A DNA stretch of 64,000 bases from an uncultured Candidatus Saccharibacteria bacterium (GCA_964467765.1 CAYXSS010000002.1:1310-65309), one strand, 5' to 3'; positions 1 to 11,695 are shown, counted from the first letter of the stretch. Program-made: numbers and translations. The notes: a model not told the origin generated them from the sequence alone.

Positions 1-102
1 TCGGTCGCGGGGAAAGTAGGATATGCCGACACATAAGGATTTTTTACCAGCCTCTTTTACACGAAGCAGATTTGGGTTATTGGAATAGGCCATACGGGTT
101 GC

Positions 103-131
103 TTGACTATAAATTTTTGATATGCTATAAT
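103..131 (+). promoter_or_regulatory. sigma70-like promoter (TTGACT-17-TATAAT)
   Basis: TTGACT at 103-108, a 17-nt spacer, TATAAT at 126-131. It sits upstream of the SD and ATG at 172-187. Confidence 0.5.
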
Positions 132-184
132 GTAAAAAGCAACACTTGGAAAGGCCTGGCGAAGAAAGGCCAAGGAGGTGTCAG

Positions 185-370
185 ATGGCAGGTTGGATTG
201 GTGGTGGTTGCAGCTGCAAGGCCAAGAAAATACTCTGCATGCACGGCGACCCCAGCGCTTTCTCGATGAGGGGCGGTGCGAAGAGGTTGCAGGCGGAAGA
301 CGGCGGCAAGAAGAAGCAGAAACAGAAGGAACAGAAGAAGGCGAGGTACGGCGCAAAGTACGGCGCATAG
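185..370 (+). CDS. small basic Cys-containing hypothetical protein (61 aa)
   Basis: A strong SD (AAGGAGGTG, 172-180) lies 4 nt before the ATG at 185. The region is GC-rich, the C-terminus is Lys-rich, and a terminator hairpin follows immediately. A longer in-frame start at 146 has no SD. Confidence 0.35.
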   Translation: MAGWIGGGCSCKAKKILCMHGDPSAFSMRGGAKRLQAEDGGKKKQKQKEQKKARYGAKYGA

Positions 371-375
371 GACTC

Positions 376-410
376 GGGGCCGGTATCGTATGATCCGGCC
401 CCTTGTTTTT
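376..410 (+). terminator. rho-independent terminator
   Basis: An 8-bp GC stem (ggggccgg/ccggcccc) is followed by ttgttttt. Confidence 0.6.
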
Positions 411-506
411 CCTCTCGCAGAGATTTTCGGAGAGAATCAAGAGAAGGGCAGAATTATTTTCTAAAATGGATAAGCGAGATACCGAAACACTGCGTTTTGG
501 TGGCCG

Positions 507-539
507 GGGCGGTGGTTAACCACCGCCCTTTTTATTTTT
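507..539 (+). terminator. rho-independent terminator
   Basis: A 9-bp stem (gggcggtgg/ccaccgccc) with a ttaa loop is followed by tttttattttt. Confidence 0.6.
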
Positions 540-573
540 GCTATAATTTAATATAACCGAAAGGTCGATTTGA

Positions 574-864
574 TTGATCAAAATTATGAAGAAATTATTG
601 TGGGTTATCGTAGTAGTCGTTGCTTTGGGCGTTGTCTATTGGTTTTGGTCTAACGGCTGGCAGGGGACGCAGTTGCCGAAGGCTGGTACAACTGGTGGCA
701 AGCTGGCGGTTTCTCCTGAAGCGGCAAATCCGGATTCAATCGTTTCCGATTTGAATTCCGCTGCCGAAGCAGAGTCTCTTACTCCGGCCGAATCGGACAC
801 TTCGCTTACCGAACCAGGTTCAGTTGATTCTTTTGATCAATCGTTGAACACGAGCCAATTTTAA
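574..864 (+). CDS. small membrane-anchored/secreted hypothetical protein
   Basis: The N-terminus has a hydrophobic helix (LLWVIVVVVALGVVYWF). The C-terminus is acidic and Ser/Thr-rich. Confidence 0.45.
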   Translation: MIKIMKKLLWVIVVVVALGVVYWFWSNGWQGTQLPKAGTTGGKLAVSPEAANPDSIVSDLNSAAEAESLTPAESDTSLTEPGSVDSFDQSLNTSQF

Positions 865-870
865 AAACAT

Positions 871-1641
871 ATGCAGACTAAAAAGTTTTCGGCTCTTACG
901 GCTGCCGTGATGTTGCTTTCAACGGTTTCGCCGCTTGTTTACGCGCAGTCCGCTCCAAAAAACGCACCAAGCGTCAAAGGAGGAGCTTGCGACGCTTTGA
1001 TCCCGAAAATTTCAGACATCGAGACAAGACTGAATAAGCAGCTGGACGAAATGAAAAGCAAAGATGCCGATCAGCTGGCCCGTTTCGACGATCGTGAAAA
1101 AGACTATCTTGACAAACTGAACCAGAAACGAAGCGAACAGAAGAGCGATTTCGAGGCCAGAATAGACAAGTTCGAAGAAGGTGCAAAAAATGATGCCGAT
1201 CGCCAAGCCGTGGCGGCTTTCAGAGGCGCCGTCCAGGCGGCGATTGAAGCCAGACGCGCTGCGATCGAGGCAGCGCTAGCCGTTTTTCACAAAGGCGTGA
1301 GAGACGCTTTGGCGCTTAGGCGCCAGGCAACGGAGAAAGCGCTTGCGGACATGATAGCTTCCGTTCGTGCCGCTATGGAAAAAGCGAAAACAGATTGCAC
1401 GAGCGGTGTTAGCGGACAGACGGTAAGGAGCGCTTTTATAGCCGCTGTAAAATCAGCGCGAACCAAACTTGTCGATGCCAGAAAGTCGTCTGCCGATTTT
1501 GACTCGGCGATGAAAAAACTAGTTGCCGACAAAAAAGCCGCCTTCGACAAAGCTAATGCCGATTTCCGAGCCGCTCTTGAAAAAGCGCGAACTGCGCTGA
1601 AGAACGTTGTGCGCGAGTCGACTTCCACGCCAAGTCAATAA
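871..1641 (+). CDS. secreted Ala/Lys-rich coiled-coil hypothetical protein
   Basis: A signal peptide is present (MQTKKFSALTAAVMLLSTVSPLVYAQS). The rest is long helical Ala-rich repeats. Confidence 0.6.
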   Translation: MQTKKFSALTAAVMLLSTVSPLVYAQSAPKNAPSVKGGACDALIPKISDIETRLNKQLDEMKSKDADQLARFDDREKDYLDKLNQKRSEQKSDFEARIDKFEEGAKNDADRQAVAAFRGAVQAAIEARRAAIEAALAVFHKGVRDALALRRQATEKALADMIASVRAAMEKAKTDCTSGVSGQTVRSAFIAAVKSARTKLVDARKSSADFDSAMKKLVADKKAAFDKANADFRAALEKARTALKNVVRESTSTPSQ

Positions 1642-1729
1642 GGGTTGCGTTTGGCGTAGTTTGTCGCTTTTTGTTTCTGCCTCCGGCTAAAAGTCGGGGG
1701 CAGAAACTTTTTCGGCTATAATTAAGCTT

Positions 1730-2497
1730 ATGGGCAAGCGTCTTATAAAACAGATTGCTTATGGGATTTTTTATTTATTTTTTTTCGCCGGCATAATTTA
1801 CGGCTCTTACGTTTTATTTATTCGTCCGGCGCCGTCTTGCTTCGATAAAATTCGAAACCAAAATGAAGAAGGGGTTGATTGCGGCGGGCCGTGCGCGGCG
1901 GCGTGTATTCCGGCAGAGCTGCGTCCGATTGTGGCTATCGATCGCATTTTGAAATTCAGCAGTACACCGTCGTCAATAAGTATTTTGGCGAAAATCAGCA
2001 ATGCCAACCTTGATTACGCCGCAAAAAATTTTTCTTACAAATTTAATTTTTATAAAGCGAACGGTGATTTTGTCGGATCTCTTGGCGGCAATTCTTTTAT
2101 TTATGCCGGGGAAGTGAAATATCTTTTACTCCCGAATGCGTCTTTGCCGCCAGTTCCTTTTTCTAAAATTGATTTAAAAATAGAAAATGTCGAATGGTTA
2201 CCCGGTAACAGGTTTTCTGGCCCGCCAAATGTTGCCGTCTCCGGTGTTGCAACCGCGGCAGAAGCCAGTAATTTATCCGTCGATGGCCAAATAACCAACC
2301 GCGACAGCGTTTCATTCCCCGCGGTAACTGCGGTAGCAATTTTTCGCGGCCAATTTGGTCAGATTGCCGGGGCGTCGCAAACGGAGATTTCTAACCTTTT
2401 GCCAAACGAAACCAGGAAATTTTCAATTATTCATCCCCTCATACCAAGCGTCGACTTAAACGGTACCAGCGTTTTTGTTTACTCTCGAAGACCATAA
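1730..2497 (+). CDS. membrane-anchored hypothetical protein
   Basis: A single N-terminal TM helix is present. The stop overlaps the start of the SEDS gene at 2497, so the two are probably co-transcribed. Confidence 0.55.
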   Translation: MGKRLIKQIAYGIFYLFFFAGIIYGSYVLFIRPAPSCFDKIRNQNEEGVDCGGPCAAACIPAELRPIVAIDRILKFSSTPSSISILAKISNANLDYAAKNFSYKFNFYKANGDFVGSLGGNSFIYAGEVKYLLLPNASLPPVPFSKIDLKIENVEWLPGNRFSGPPNVAVSGVATAAEASNLSVDGQITNRDSVSFPAVTAVAIFRGQFGQIAGASQTEISNLLPNETRKFSIIHPLIPSVDLNGTSVFVYSRRP

Positions 2498-3570
2498 TGT
2501 CGCTTTTTTTGCCGGTCGGAATACTGCTTTTAGCCAGCCTTGCAGCAATTTCCAGCGTTTCTGCCTCGCTTTTTTACCTGCAGCTTGTATGGATTGCCGT
2601 AGGGCTAATGGCCGTTGTTTTGTTTTACTTTTTTGATTGGCGGAATCTTTTGAATTATCGCTGGCTTATCGGCGGACTTTATGCGCTGACGACCGTGCTC
2701 CTTCTCCTCCTTGATGTTTTCGGCTCTAAAATTCGTGGCACAAGAAGCTGGATCTCTTTGGGCCTGTTCAATTTTCAGCCAGTAGAGATAGCAAAGATTT
2801 CTTTGGTGCTTTTGTATGCTTTGTATTTCAGCAAAAAACATATAAATATTTCTCACTGGAGTACGGTTTTCCAATCGTTTTTATTTTTTGCAATTCCTGC
2901 AGCTCTCGTTGCCTTACAACCAGATTTCGGTTCGGCGCTGATTCTTTTCGGCATTTGGTTTATGTTTCTGATCTTATCCGGACTTTCCGGAAGGCGTCTG
3001 GTTATTTTTCTGCTCACGCTGCTTATAATTGCTCCGATTTTTTGGTTTAATATTCTGCGCGATTATCAGCGTGAGCGCATCGCGGGCGTTTTTTTTCCGG
3101 AGCGCAATGTTTTAGGAATTAATTACAGCGCCGCGCAATCAAAAATAGCTATTGGCTCCGCCGGTTTTTGGGGCAAGGGTTATAAACAAGGGACGCAGAC
3201 GCAGCTAGGCTTTCTTACGGAACCGGCATCCGATTTTGCTTTTGCTGTTGTCGTCGAAGAATGGGGAATTTTCGGGGGGCTGGTGGTAATTTCGGCGCTG
3301 ACCTTTTTAATTTTCAGGATTCTGCGAAGCGGCCTTGGGGCTCGCAGGAATTTCGAAAAATTCGTTTGCCTTGGGGTGGCGGTGATTTTCGGATTGCAAT
3401 TTTTGCTTAATGCCGGCTCGGCGCTCGGCCTTACCCCAATCGTCGGCGTAACATTTCCTTTTATCAGTTACGGAGGGTCGAGCATCGTGGCAAGCTTGTT
3501 TCTTCTGGGCCTTGTAGCCGCAATAAACAGAGAAAAAGACTGGGGAATAAAACAAGGCCAAATGCTCTAA
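2497..3570 (+). CDS. ftsW: SEDS-family peptidoglycan glycosyltransferase FtsW/RodA
   Basis: The protein is polytopic. It carries SEDS motifs (PDFGSALIL, IGSAGFWGKGY..GTQTQLGFLTE, SDFAFAVVVEEWG). Confidence 0.85.
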   Translation: MSLFLPVGILLLASLAAISSVSASLFYLQLVWIAVGLMAVVLFYFFDWRNLLNYRWLIGGLYALTTVLLLLLDVFGSKIRGTRSWISLGLFNFQPVEIAKISLVLLYALYFSKKHINISHWSTVFQSFLFFAIPAALVALQPDFGSALILFGIWFMFLILSGLSGRRLVIFLLTLLIIAPIFWFNILRDYQRERIAGVFFPERNVLGINYSAAQSKIAIGSAGFWGKGYKQGTQTQLGFLTEPASDFAFAVVVEEWGIFGGLVVISALTFLIFRILRSGLGARRNFEKFVCLGVAVIFGLQFLLNAGSALGLTPIVGVTFPFISYGGSSIVASLFLLGLVAAINREKDWGIKQGQML

Positions 3571-3585
3571 AATCAATTTAAGGAA

Positions 3586-4566
3586 ATGAGGCACGTCATC
3601 AAAAGAAGTTTCTTTTCCAAAAGGTTTTTTGCGCTGGCCTTATTTTTTTTCTCAGGCGTTGCGTTTTTATTGTCTCTTGGTCCGAAAGGAGCTGATTCTA
3701 GAATTATTTTCGAGATAAAACGCGGCGAAGGATTTTCCGAGATAGCCGCGCGCTTGGAAAAAGAAGGCATAATCAGATCGAGGCTGTCGTTTGAAATTCT
3801 CGGGATTTTAATTTGGAAATATAAGTATATAAACCCCGGCGTTTATACGCTCAATCCGGGCGAAACGAGCGTCGTCATACTTCGGGAAATTGCTCCCGAG
3901 GAAAAAAACGAAGCAGAAGTTCGCATACCGGAAGGCGCCACCGTTTATAAAATCGATTCTATTTTAAGCGACGCAAAAGTTATTATTCCCGGAAGTTTGA
4001 TAACCTATGCCTCATCGACTGATATAGAAGGTCGCCTTTTCCCGGACACCTACAGGTTCTTGTTTAATTCTTTTATGGAAGACGTGGTTAAAAAAATACT
4101 GGACAATTTCGACTTGAAAACCAAAAATGTGCTCAAGGGAAAAAATGAGGCAGAGATAAAAAAGATTGTGGTTTTAGCTTCGATTCTAGAAAAAGAGGTA
4201 CCGGAAGCGGAGGATATGAAAATAGTTGCCGGTATTTTACTGAAAAGAATCGGCGCCGGAGTGCCGCTTCGCGTTGACGCTACAATCTGCTATATTAAAG
4301 AGGTTTTAAGCGGGTCTGCGGTGTCTTCTTGTTATCCACTGCAGCCACTTGACTTCAAAAGAGAATCGGATTATAATACTTACTTACACGCTGGTTTGCC
4401 GCCTCGGGCTATTGGTAATCCAGGTATTTCGGCCATATCAGCCGCGGTTGCTCCGAAAAATTCCCCCTACTGGTACTACTTAAGCGACCCGAGAACCAAG
4501 AAGACGATCTTTGCTAAAACATTTGAAGAGCATAACGAAAACAGGGCAAGATATCTGGGGTTGTAG
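3586..4566 (+). CDS. mltG: endolytic murein transglycosylase MltG (YceG-like)
   Basis: An N-terminal TM helix is followed by a YceG-like domain. Being adjacent to a SEDS gene is typical. Confidence 0.75.
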   Translation: MRHVIKRSFFSKRFFALALFFFSGVAFLLSLGPKGADSRIIFEIKRGEGFSEIAARLEKEGIIRSRLSFEILGILIWKYKYINPGVYTLNPGETSVVILREIAPEEKNEAEVRIPEGATVYKIDSILSDAKVIIPGSLITYASSTDIEGRLFPDTYRFLFNSFMEDVVKKILDNFDLKTKNVLKGKNEAEIKKIVVLASILEKEVPEAEDMKIVAGILLKRIGAGVPLRVDATICYIKEVLSGSAVSSCYPLQPLDFKRESDYNTYLHAGLPPRAIGNPGISAISAAVAPKNSPYWYYLSDPRTKKTIFAKTFEEHNENRARYLGL

Positions 4567-4581
4567 TATTATAATAATGGC

Positions 4582-4610
4582 TTGACAGACCGCGTTTCAT
4601 CGCCTAGTAT
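4582..4610 (+). promoter_or_regulatory. sigma70-like promoter upstream of rpoBC (TTGACA-17-TAGTAT)
   Basis: Consensus -35 and a near-consensus -10. It is followed by a leader of about 285 nt before the ATG at 4895. Confidence 0.45.
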
Positions 4611-4894
4611 ATTACATACGAATTTCTGAAGCACGGTTATTGTAGCAATTGTTTGCTGAAAAATTCGTGCTTGCGGTGAAACGCGATGTGGCAAGCGAGT
4701 TGATTTAAGAGACTCGTGCTGACATAAAAAGACAAAAATAAATAAAATAAAAACGCTCCTTCCAGGGAAGGGGGGAGGTTTTATTGCGTTAGCCGTTTTT
4801 TCAAATAAAAATCTAGTTGATGGTTGATGCTTTTGGGTTGACGACAAAAAGCCAGATTAAAAAAACGATTTGAATTTATTTCGAAGCAAATAAA

Positions 4895-7800
4895 ATGCCA
4901 AAAATTCCGGTAAAAAGTTTCGCCAAATCGCTGCCGCTTGTTGAACCTTTTGACCTGAACGAGGCACAACTCCGTTCTTACGGTTGGTTTTTAGAAAAAG
5001 GATTGAAAGAAATTTTCGACGAAATTTCTCCGATCACCAGCCATACCGGCAAGGAATTCGAATTATATTTCGGTAAATATCATTTTGATGAACCGAAATA
5101 TGACGAAAGAACCGCGCGCTACAAGGATGCGACCTACGAAGCATCTTTAAGGGCGGAGCTGAGGCTCGTCGATAAAAAAACAGGGAAGTCGGAAAAGCAA
5201 GAAGTTTATCTTGGTGATTTTCCGATAATGACCAACCGGGGAACTTTTATTATCAACGGCGTCGAGCGTGTGGTTATTGCGCAGCTTGTGCGATCCGCCG
5301 GCGTTTACTTCACCTCTTTCCTTTGGCGTGGCCGCCAGCTTTTCGGTGCAAAAATAATTCCGAACCGCGGCGCATGGCTCGAGTTCGAAACCGATCCGGA
5401 TGGCGCCATTGAAGTTAAAATTGACCGCCACAGAAAGGTTCCCGTAACGGACCTTTTGCGTACGTTCGGATACGATGATGAAAAAATCCGTGCGGCATTT
5501 TCCGATGTCGAAAAAGGAATGTTCGACCACATTGAAGCAACTCTTAAAAAAGACACCGCCAAAAATGCCGATGAATCTTATGTCGAGATTTATCGGCGCC
5601 TCCGTCCGGGAGATCCGGCGGCCGCAGCAACGGCCAAGGGCTTGATTGATGCCATGTTTCAGCGTTCCGATCGCTACGACTTGTCCCGCGTCGGTCGTTT
5701 TAAATTTAACCAACGTTTGTACGGCGGACAGAAAAAAGAAGATAGGGTTTTAAATGGCGAAGATTTGGTTGCGGTTATAAAAGAAATAATCAATCTGAAC
5801 AACAAACAGGATTCTCAGCCGGACGACATAGATCATTTGGGCAACAGGCGCCTTAAGGCTGTCGGCGAGCTTTTACAGGGAAGACTTCGCATTGGCTTGG
5901 CCAGATTGAAACGGATTGTACAAGACAGAATGTCTACGGAAGCAAGAGAGCGCATCTCGCCTTCGCAACTCATTAACTTCCGTCCGATTGCCGCCGTCGT
6001 TAAAGAATTTTTTTCTTCTTCACAGCTTTCGCAATTTATGGATCAAGTAAATCCGTTGGCCGAACTTGAGCACAAACGAAGGATTTCTGCCTTGGGTCCC
6101 GGTGGTTTGACGCGGGAGCGGGCCAGCTTCGAGGTTCGCGACGTTCACCGCTCGCATTACGGCCGCGTTTGTCCGATTCAAACTCCCGAGGGCGGGAGTA
6201 TCGGTCTGATTAATTATTTGGCTAGTTTCGCCAAGATAAACGATTTCGGATTCGTCGAGACGCCATATGCGCGCGTTGAAAAAGGCAGGGTGACTGGAGA
6301 AATTGTCTGGATGGACGCACTGGAAGAAGAAAAATATAAAATAACGCATGCCGGAGTAAGAAGAGACGCGGAAGGCAATCTGTTGGGTGAAGTTGTTGAG
6401 GCCAGAGTAAAAGGTACGCCGGGAACTTGCGCCATACAGGAAATTGATTTTATCGACGTTGCCCCTCATCAATTTGTTAGCGCCGCTACTTCGCTTATAG
6501 CATTTCTTCAGCACGACGACGCCAACCGTGCGCTTATGGGTTCCAACATGCAAAGACAAGCCGTTGGCTCGATCAGGCCGGCCGCCCCTTATGTTTCAAC
6601 GGGCGAAGAAGAGAGGGTTGCGAGAGACTCCGGCTATGTTTTAAAAGCGGAAGGAAGCGGTAAAGTTGTCGAAGTTGATGCGGGGAAAATAACCGTTAAA
6701 TATCAGAAAGGCGGGACCAAAACTTATCACCTGGAAAAATTTAAAAGATCGAACCAGTTTACATGTATATCGCAGCAGCCGCTGGTTAATCTTGGAGATG
6801 TTGTAAAAAAAGACGACCTTTTGGCCGATGGGCCATCTACGGATGACGGTGTTCTTGCTTTAGGCCAAAATCTTCTTGTGGCCTTTATGTCCTGGGAAGG
6901 AGCAAACTTCGAGGACGCCGTAATACTTTCCGAGCGAGCCGTGCACAAAGATCTTTTTACTTCGATACACATCGAAGATTTTTATTGCGACGTACGCGAC
7001 ACAAAACTTGGTCCGGAGTTAACAACGCCGGACATTCCCAACGTTTCCGAAGAAAAATTGAGAAATCTGGACGAAGAAGGAATTGTACGTATTGGCGCCG
7101 AAGTAAGGGCAGGCGATATTTTGGTCGGAAAAATTTCTCCCAAAGGCGAAGCCGAGCTTACTCCGGAAGAAAGGCTTCTGCGGGCAATTTTCGGCGAGAA
7201 GGCCCGTGATGTGAAAGACACTTCTCTTACGCTGCCGCATGGTAAGCGCGGCCGCGTGGTCAACATCAAGATTTTCGACAGGGAAAAAGGCGACAAGCTT
7301 GAACCGGGAATAATCAAGCGCATTCAGGTTGAGATCGCAGAGTTAAGAAAAGTGCAGGCGGGAGACAAGCTTGCCGGCCGCCACGGCAACAAAGGGGTAA
7401 TTTCCCAAGTAAGAAGAGTTGAAGATATGCCATATCTCGAGGACGGGACGCCGGTGGACATAATTTTGAATCCTTTAGGCGTGGCTTCGCGTATGAATCT
7501 TGGCCAGGTGCTCGAAACACACCTTGGTTGGGCTGCGCAAAAACTGGGATATAGAGCCGTAACCCCGGGGCTCGATTCCGCAACAGAAGACGAAATAAGG
7601 GCGGAACTCAAGGCAGCTGGTCTTCCGGAAAACGGAAAAGTGACCCTTTTCGACGGCCGGACCGGAAAAAAAGTTGATCAGAAAGTCAATGTCGGCGTAA
7701 TTTACATGCTGAAACTCAATCATCTGGTTGAAGACAAGGCACATATGCGATCTACCGGTCCTTATTCACTCATTACCCAACAACCATTAGGCGGTAAGGC

Positions 7801-10800
7801 GCAGTTCGGCGGTCAGAGATTCGGAGAAATGGAAGTTTGGGCGCTCGAAGGATATGGGGCAAGGCATACATTGCAGGAAATGTTGACGATCAAGTCCGAC
7901 GATGTTTTGGGCCGCGCCGCTGCTTACGAATCGATAATCAGAGGGGAAGAAATTAAAGAGCCGAATTTGCCGGCATCGTTCAATGTGTTGGTCAACGAGC
8001 TCAAGTCACTTGGTTTTAACGTCAAACCGATTTATGCCGACGAAACAAGAAGGAAGGAAGATTTTTCCGCGCTGCAAATTACAGTCGCCTCTCCGGAAGA
8101 CATTTTGAAATGGTCGCATGGCGAAGTTATCAAACCAGAGACAATCAATTATCGAACCCAAAGACCGGAAAAGGACGGTCTTTTCTCGGAGCGTATTTTC
8201 GGTCCGACAAAAGATTATGAATGTTATTGCGGTAAATACAGACGTGTGCGTTATAAGGGCGTTGTTTGCGACAAGTGCGGCGTGGAGGTTACCAAGGCGT
8301 CCGTTCGGCGCGAAAGACTGGGGCATTTGGAGCTTGCCGCACCCGTTTCACATATTTGGTTTTTAAAGAGTGCGCCTTCCCGCTTGAGTTTATCTCTCGA
8401 CGTGTCTGCTCCAAAACTGGAACGCGTAATTTACTATTCCGCCTACATTGTTACCGAGGTTGACGAAGAAGAAAGAGAGAAAGCGCTAAAGGCTTTGGGC
8501 GGAGAACTAAAAAGCAGAATAAAAGAAAGCGGCAAAGGCAAAGGCGTTGAGAAAGAGCTTAAGGAAGCAGCCAAAGTTACCGAGGACTATCTTCAGGATT
8601 TGCGTCTTGGGCAAGTTCTTACAGAAACCGAATACTTTAATTTATCCAGACGTTTCGGCAGTGTTTTTCGCGCCGGAAGCGGAGCGGAAGCCGTCAGGAA
8701 AATTCTCGAGGGGATGGATCTGCGCAAGGAAATTCAAAAAATACAATCAGACCTCGACAAATCAAAAGACCCGCTTGCCCAAAGCAAACTCCTGCGGCGC
8801 CTCAAAATGTTTAAGTCTATGATCAAAAACCAAACGAGGCCGGAGTGGATGATCTTTAATGTTTTACCCGTTCTTCCTCCTGATCTTCGCCCGATGGTGG
8901 CGCTTGACGGCGGCAGGTATGCCACGTCCGACCTCAATGATCTATACCGGCGCGTTATTAACAGAAACAACCGTTTGAAAAAACTTTTGGACATAAAAGC
9001 GCCAGACGTCATTGTTCGCAACGAAAAAAGAATGTTGCAAGAGGCAGTAGACGCCCTAATCGACAATTCGGCAAGGTTTGGCTCGCAACAGCTTTCTTCG
9101 CAGCGCAGGCCGCTCCGATCTCTCGCTCACATGCTTAGAGGGAAACAGGGCCGCTTCAGACAAAATCTTCTCGGCAAGAGAGTGGATTACTCCGGCCGCT
9201 CCGTGATCGTCGTAGGTCCCAAATTAGGGATCGACGAATGCGGGCTGCCGAAGATTATGGCGCTCGAGCTTTTTCGGCCGTATGTCTTGAGCGAGATTAT
9301 CAAAAGAGGATTGGCTTACAACATTCGCGGCGCGGCGCGGTTTATCGAAGAGGGTAGCGACGAAGTCTGGGCAATTTTGGAAGACGTCATTCGCGACAAA
9401 ATGGTGCTCTTGAACCGCGCTCCGACACTGCACCGCTTAAGCGTGCAGGCTTTCAAGCCCCTGCTTACCGAAGGATTGGCGATTCAAATACCGCCGCTGG
9501 TTTGTGTCGCTTTCAATGCCGACTTTGACGGCGACCAAATGGCTGTGCACCTGCCTCTTTCGAATTACGCCCAGAAAGAGGCAAGAGAAATTATGTCTGC
9601 CGGCGGAAATATTTTGAAGCCGGCAACTGGCGAGCTTATAACTACGCCGACGCAAGACGTCGTTTTGGGAATTTATTATTTGACGCAGACGGACGAATCG
9701 AATGTGGAAAGAAACGAAAAAGGTTTGCCGAAAAAAGCGATCGGAGGAATCGAAGAAGCCCTGCTTGCGCATGAGTTCGGATTTATTGGTCTGCGCGAGC
9801 CTGTTTATTGGCAGAGTATGGAGACGACTCTCGGCCGCATGATTTTTAACGAAAATCTCCACGGCCTTCTTCCTTATCAAAACGAAGCTATAAACAAGAA
9901 AAAACTGGTAAAGATCGTAGAAAATATTTTTGACAAATATGGAAAAGAGGAAACAAGAAATATTTTGGATGCCGTAAAACTCTTGGGTTTCGAGATGGCA
10001 ACGCGTTCAGGAATTACATGGGCGATGGCCGACCTTATGGTTCCGAAAGGCAAACGCGCGCTGGTTGAGTCTTCAGAAAAACAAACCGCGGAAATTCAAG
10101 ATCAGTTTAACGAAGGGCTTTTGACTGCTGCCGAGCGGCGCGCCAGAGTGATAAGTGTTTGGGAAAAGGCAAAAGCCGATATTTCCAAACTGGTAGCCGA
10201 GGCTTTAGAAAAAAACAATCCCATTTACCAAATTGTTGATTCTGGTTCGCGCGGTTCTTGGTCCCAGCCGATCCAGATGATGGGTATGAGAGGTTTGGTG
10301 CAAAACCCCAAAGGAGAAATTATCGAATTGCCGATTAAATCATCTCTGAAAGAAGGTTTCAGTGTTTTGGAATATTTCATTTCCACGCACGGTGCGAGAA
10401 AAGGAACGACTGACACCGCTCTTAAAACCGCCCAAGCTGGATATCTGACGCGACGCTTAGTTGACGTATCACAGGATTTAATCATAAGAAGCGAAGACTG
10501 CCGCACAAAAGAAGGAGTAGAAATTTTCCGCAAGGACGGCAAGGAGTTCAACCAATCTTTCTCGAGCCGCCTCTTTTCGCGCACGTCGCTTGAGGATGTG
10601 AGGATACAGAGGAAAATCGTCGTGCGTGCCGGAGAAATTATAGACAAAATCGCAGCGGAGGCGATAGATCGTTCCAATATTGAATCAGCTAAGGTCAGGT
10701 CGCCAATCACCTGTAAGACGGCACACGGCATTTGTTCCAAATGCTACGGTTTCGACCTCGGCAGCAACAGTCCGGTGAAATTTGGCGTGGCCGTGGGCGT

Positions 10801-11656
10801 GCTTGCCGCTCAATCTATCGGTGAACCGGGAACGCAGCTTACAATGCGCACATTCCATGCCGGAGGCGTTGCCGGAGCTGATATTACGCATGGCTTGCCG
10901 CGCGTGGAAGAGCTTTTTGAAGTAAGACCGCCGCGAGGCAGGGCGATTCTTGCTCCTATGGACGGAATAGTAGAAAAAGTGGAAGACAAGGGCATGGCAA
11001 AACTTGTAAGAATATCACAGCCAGGATCAAAAAAGGCGCAAGAATTTTTGATTTCGCGCACAACACTGCTTTTCGTGGAAGTCGGAGCCAAAGTGCAGAA
11101 AGGCGATCAGATTTCTGAAGGACATGTCGATCTCAAGGAACTTTTAGCCATCAAAGGCAAAGAAGAGGTACAGCGCTACATCATCAACGAGGTGCAGAAA
11201 ATTTATTTATCGGAAGGCGCAACGATCAACAATAAACACATCGAGATAATCGTCAGACAGATGTTCTCTCGCGTGCGCGTAAGAGATGCCGGAGACTCCA
11301 CGGATTTTGTTGCCGGAGAAACCGTGGAAAAAGACAGTGTCCTCGAAGCCAACAGGGAACTTAAAAAACAGGGCCTGAAACCGGTCAAAGCAGACGAACT
11401 GCTTTTGGGAATAACGCGAGTCGCGCTTTCTTCCGACAGTTTCCTTTCCGCTGCTTCTTTCCAAGACACGGCGCGTGTTTTGGTTAAATCTGCAGTAGAA
11501 GGCAGAATAGACAGTCTGCGCGGCCTTAAGGAAAACGTGATCATCGGTCGCCTCATCCCGACAAAGGAATTGACAAAAGGTATACCGGAAGACGACGTTG
11601 ACGAAGCCGTAAAAGAGGAGCCGGTTGCCGCTGCTGGCGAACCAGAAGAAAATTAA
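4895..11656 (+). CDS. rpoBC: fused DNA-directed RNA polymerase beta-beta' subunit (RpoB-RpoC in one ORF)
   Basis: RpoB motifs ([37 protein letters not shown]) run straight into RpoC motifs ([39 protein letters not shown]). There is no stop at the junction near 8040. Confidence 0.95.
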   Translation: MPKIPVKSFAKSLPLVEPFDLNEAQLRSYGWFLEKGLKEIFDEISPITSHTGKEFELYFGKYHFDEPKYDERTARYKDATYEASLRAELRLVDKKTGKSEKQEVYLGDFPIMTNRGTFIINGVERVVIAQLVRSAGVYFTSFLWRGRQLFGAKIIPNRGAWLEFETDPDGAIEVKIDRHRKVPVTDLLRTFGYDDEKIRAAFSDVEKGMFDHIEATLKKDTAKNADESYVEIYRRLRPGDPAAAATAKGLIDAMFQRSDRYDLSRVGRFKFNQRLYGGQKKEDRVLNGEDLVAVIKEIINLNNKQDSQPDDIDHLGNRRLKAVGELLQGRLRIGLARLKRIVQDRMSTEARERISPSQLINFRPIAAVVKEFFSSSQLSQFMDQVNPLAELEHKRRISALGPGGLTRERASFEVRDVHRSHYGRVCPIQTPEGGSIGLINYLASFAKINDFGFVETPYARVEKGRVTGEIVWMDALEEEKYKITHAGVRRDAEGNLLGEVVEARVKGTPGTCAIQEIDFIDVAPHQFVSAATSLIAFLQHDDANRALMGSNMQRQAVGSIRPAAPYVSTGEEERVARDSGYVLKAEGSGKVVEVDAGKITVKYQKGGTKTYHLEKFKRSNQFTCISQQPLVNLGDVVKKDDLLADGPSTDDGVLALGQNLLVAFMSWEGANFEDAVILSERAVHKDLFTSIHIEDFYCDVRDTKLGPELTTPDIPNVSEEKLRNLDEEGIVRIGAEVRAGDILVGKISPKGEAELTPEERLLRAIFGEKARDVKDTSLTLPHGKRGRVVNIKIFDREKGDKLEPGIIKRIQVEIAELRKVQAGDKLAGRHGNKGVISQVRRVEDMPYLEDGTPVDIILNPLGVASRMNLGQVLETHLGWAAQKLGYRAVTPGLDSATEDEIRAELKAAGLPENGKVTLFDGRTGKKVDQKVNVGVIYMLKLNHLVEDKAHMRSTGPYSLITQQPLGGKAQFGGQRFGEMEVWALEGYGARHTLQEMLTIKSDDVLGRAAAYESIIRGEEIKEPNLPASFNVLVNELKSLGFNVKPIYADETRRKEDFSALQITVASPEDILKWSHGEVIKPETINYRTQRPEKDGLFSERIFGPTKDYECYCGKYRRVRYKGVVCDKCGVEVTKASVRRERLGHLELAAPVSHIWFLKSAPSRLSLSLDVSAPKLERVIYYSAYIVTEVDEEEREKALKALGGELKSRIKESGKGKGVEKELKEAAKVTEDYLQDLRLGQVLTETEYFNLSRRFGSVFRAGSGAEAVRKILEGMDLRKEIQKIQSDLDKSKDPLAQSKLLRRLKMFKSMIKNQTRPEWMIFNVLPVLPPDLRPMVALDGGRYATSDLNDLYRRVINRNNRLKKLLDIKAPDVIVRNEKRMLQEAVDALIDNSARFGSQQLSSQRRPLRSLAHMLRGKQGRFRQNLLGKRVDYSGRSVIVVGPKLGIDECGLPKIMALELFRPYVLSEIIKRGLAYNIRGAARFIEEGSDEVWAILEDVIRDKMVLLNRAPTLHRLSVQAFKPLLTEGLAIQIPPLVCVAFNADFDGDQMAVHLPLSNYAQKEAREIMSAGGNILKPATGELITTPTQDVVLGIYYLTQTDESNVERNEKGLPKKAIGGIEEALLAHEFGFIGLREPVYWQSMETTLGRMIFNENLHGLLPYQNEAINKKKLVKIVENIFDKYGKEETRNILDAVKLLGFEMATRSGITWAMADLMVPKGKRALVESSEKQTAEIQDQFNEGLLTAAERRARVISVWEKAKADISKLVAEALEKNNPIYQIVDSGSRGSWSQPIQMMGMRGLVQNPKGEIIELPIKSSLKEGFSVLEYFISTHGARKGTTDTALKTAQAGYLTRRLVDVSQDLIIRSEDCRTKEGVEIFRKDGKEFNQSFSSRLFSRTSLEDVRIQRKIVVRAGEIIDKIAAEAIDRSNIESAKVRSPITCKTAHGICSKCYGFDLGSNSPVKFGVAVGVLAAQSIGEPGTQLTMRTFHAGGVAGADITHGLPRVEELFEVRPPRGRAILAPMDGIVEKVEDKGMAKLVRISQPGSKKAQEFLISRTTLLFVEVGAKVQKGDQISEGHVDLKELLAIKGKEEVQRYIINEVQKIYLSEGATINNKHIEIIVRQMFSRVRVRDAGDSTDFVAGETVEKDSVLEANRELKKQGLKPVKADELLLGITRVALSSDSFLSAASFQDTARVLVKSAVEGRIDSLRGLKENVIIGRLIPTKELTKGIPEDDVDEAVKEEPVAAAGEPEEN

Positions 11657-11695
11657 ACTTGCTTAAAAACCAAGAATACATTTAAAATTTTTACC

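Noticed and set aside
146-370. A longer 74-aa version of the small ORF starting at 146, and an ncRNA identity (RNase P, tmRNA or SRP) for 140-420.
   Set aside because: The SD is placed for the ATG at 185, not for 146. I found none of the conserved RNase P, tmRNA or SRP sequence blocks, so this is kept as an open finding and not as an ncRNA call.
5147-11556. Numerous antisense or out-of-frame ORFs inside rpoBC, for example 5147..5713, 6020..6559, 10225..10740 and 11203..11556.
   Set aside because: They lie wholly within the strongly supported rpoBC reading frame and have no independent start signals. Long spurious ORFs are expected opposite a GC-skewed coding strand.
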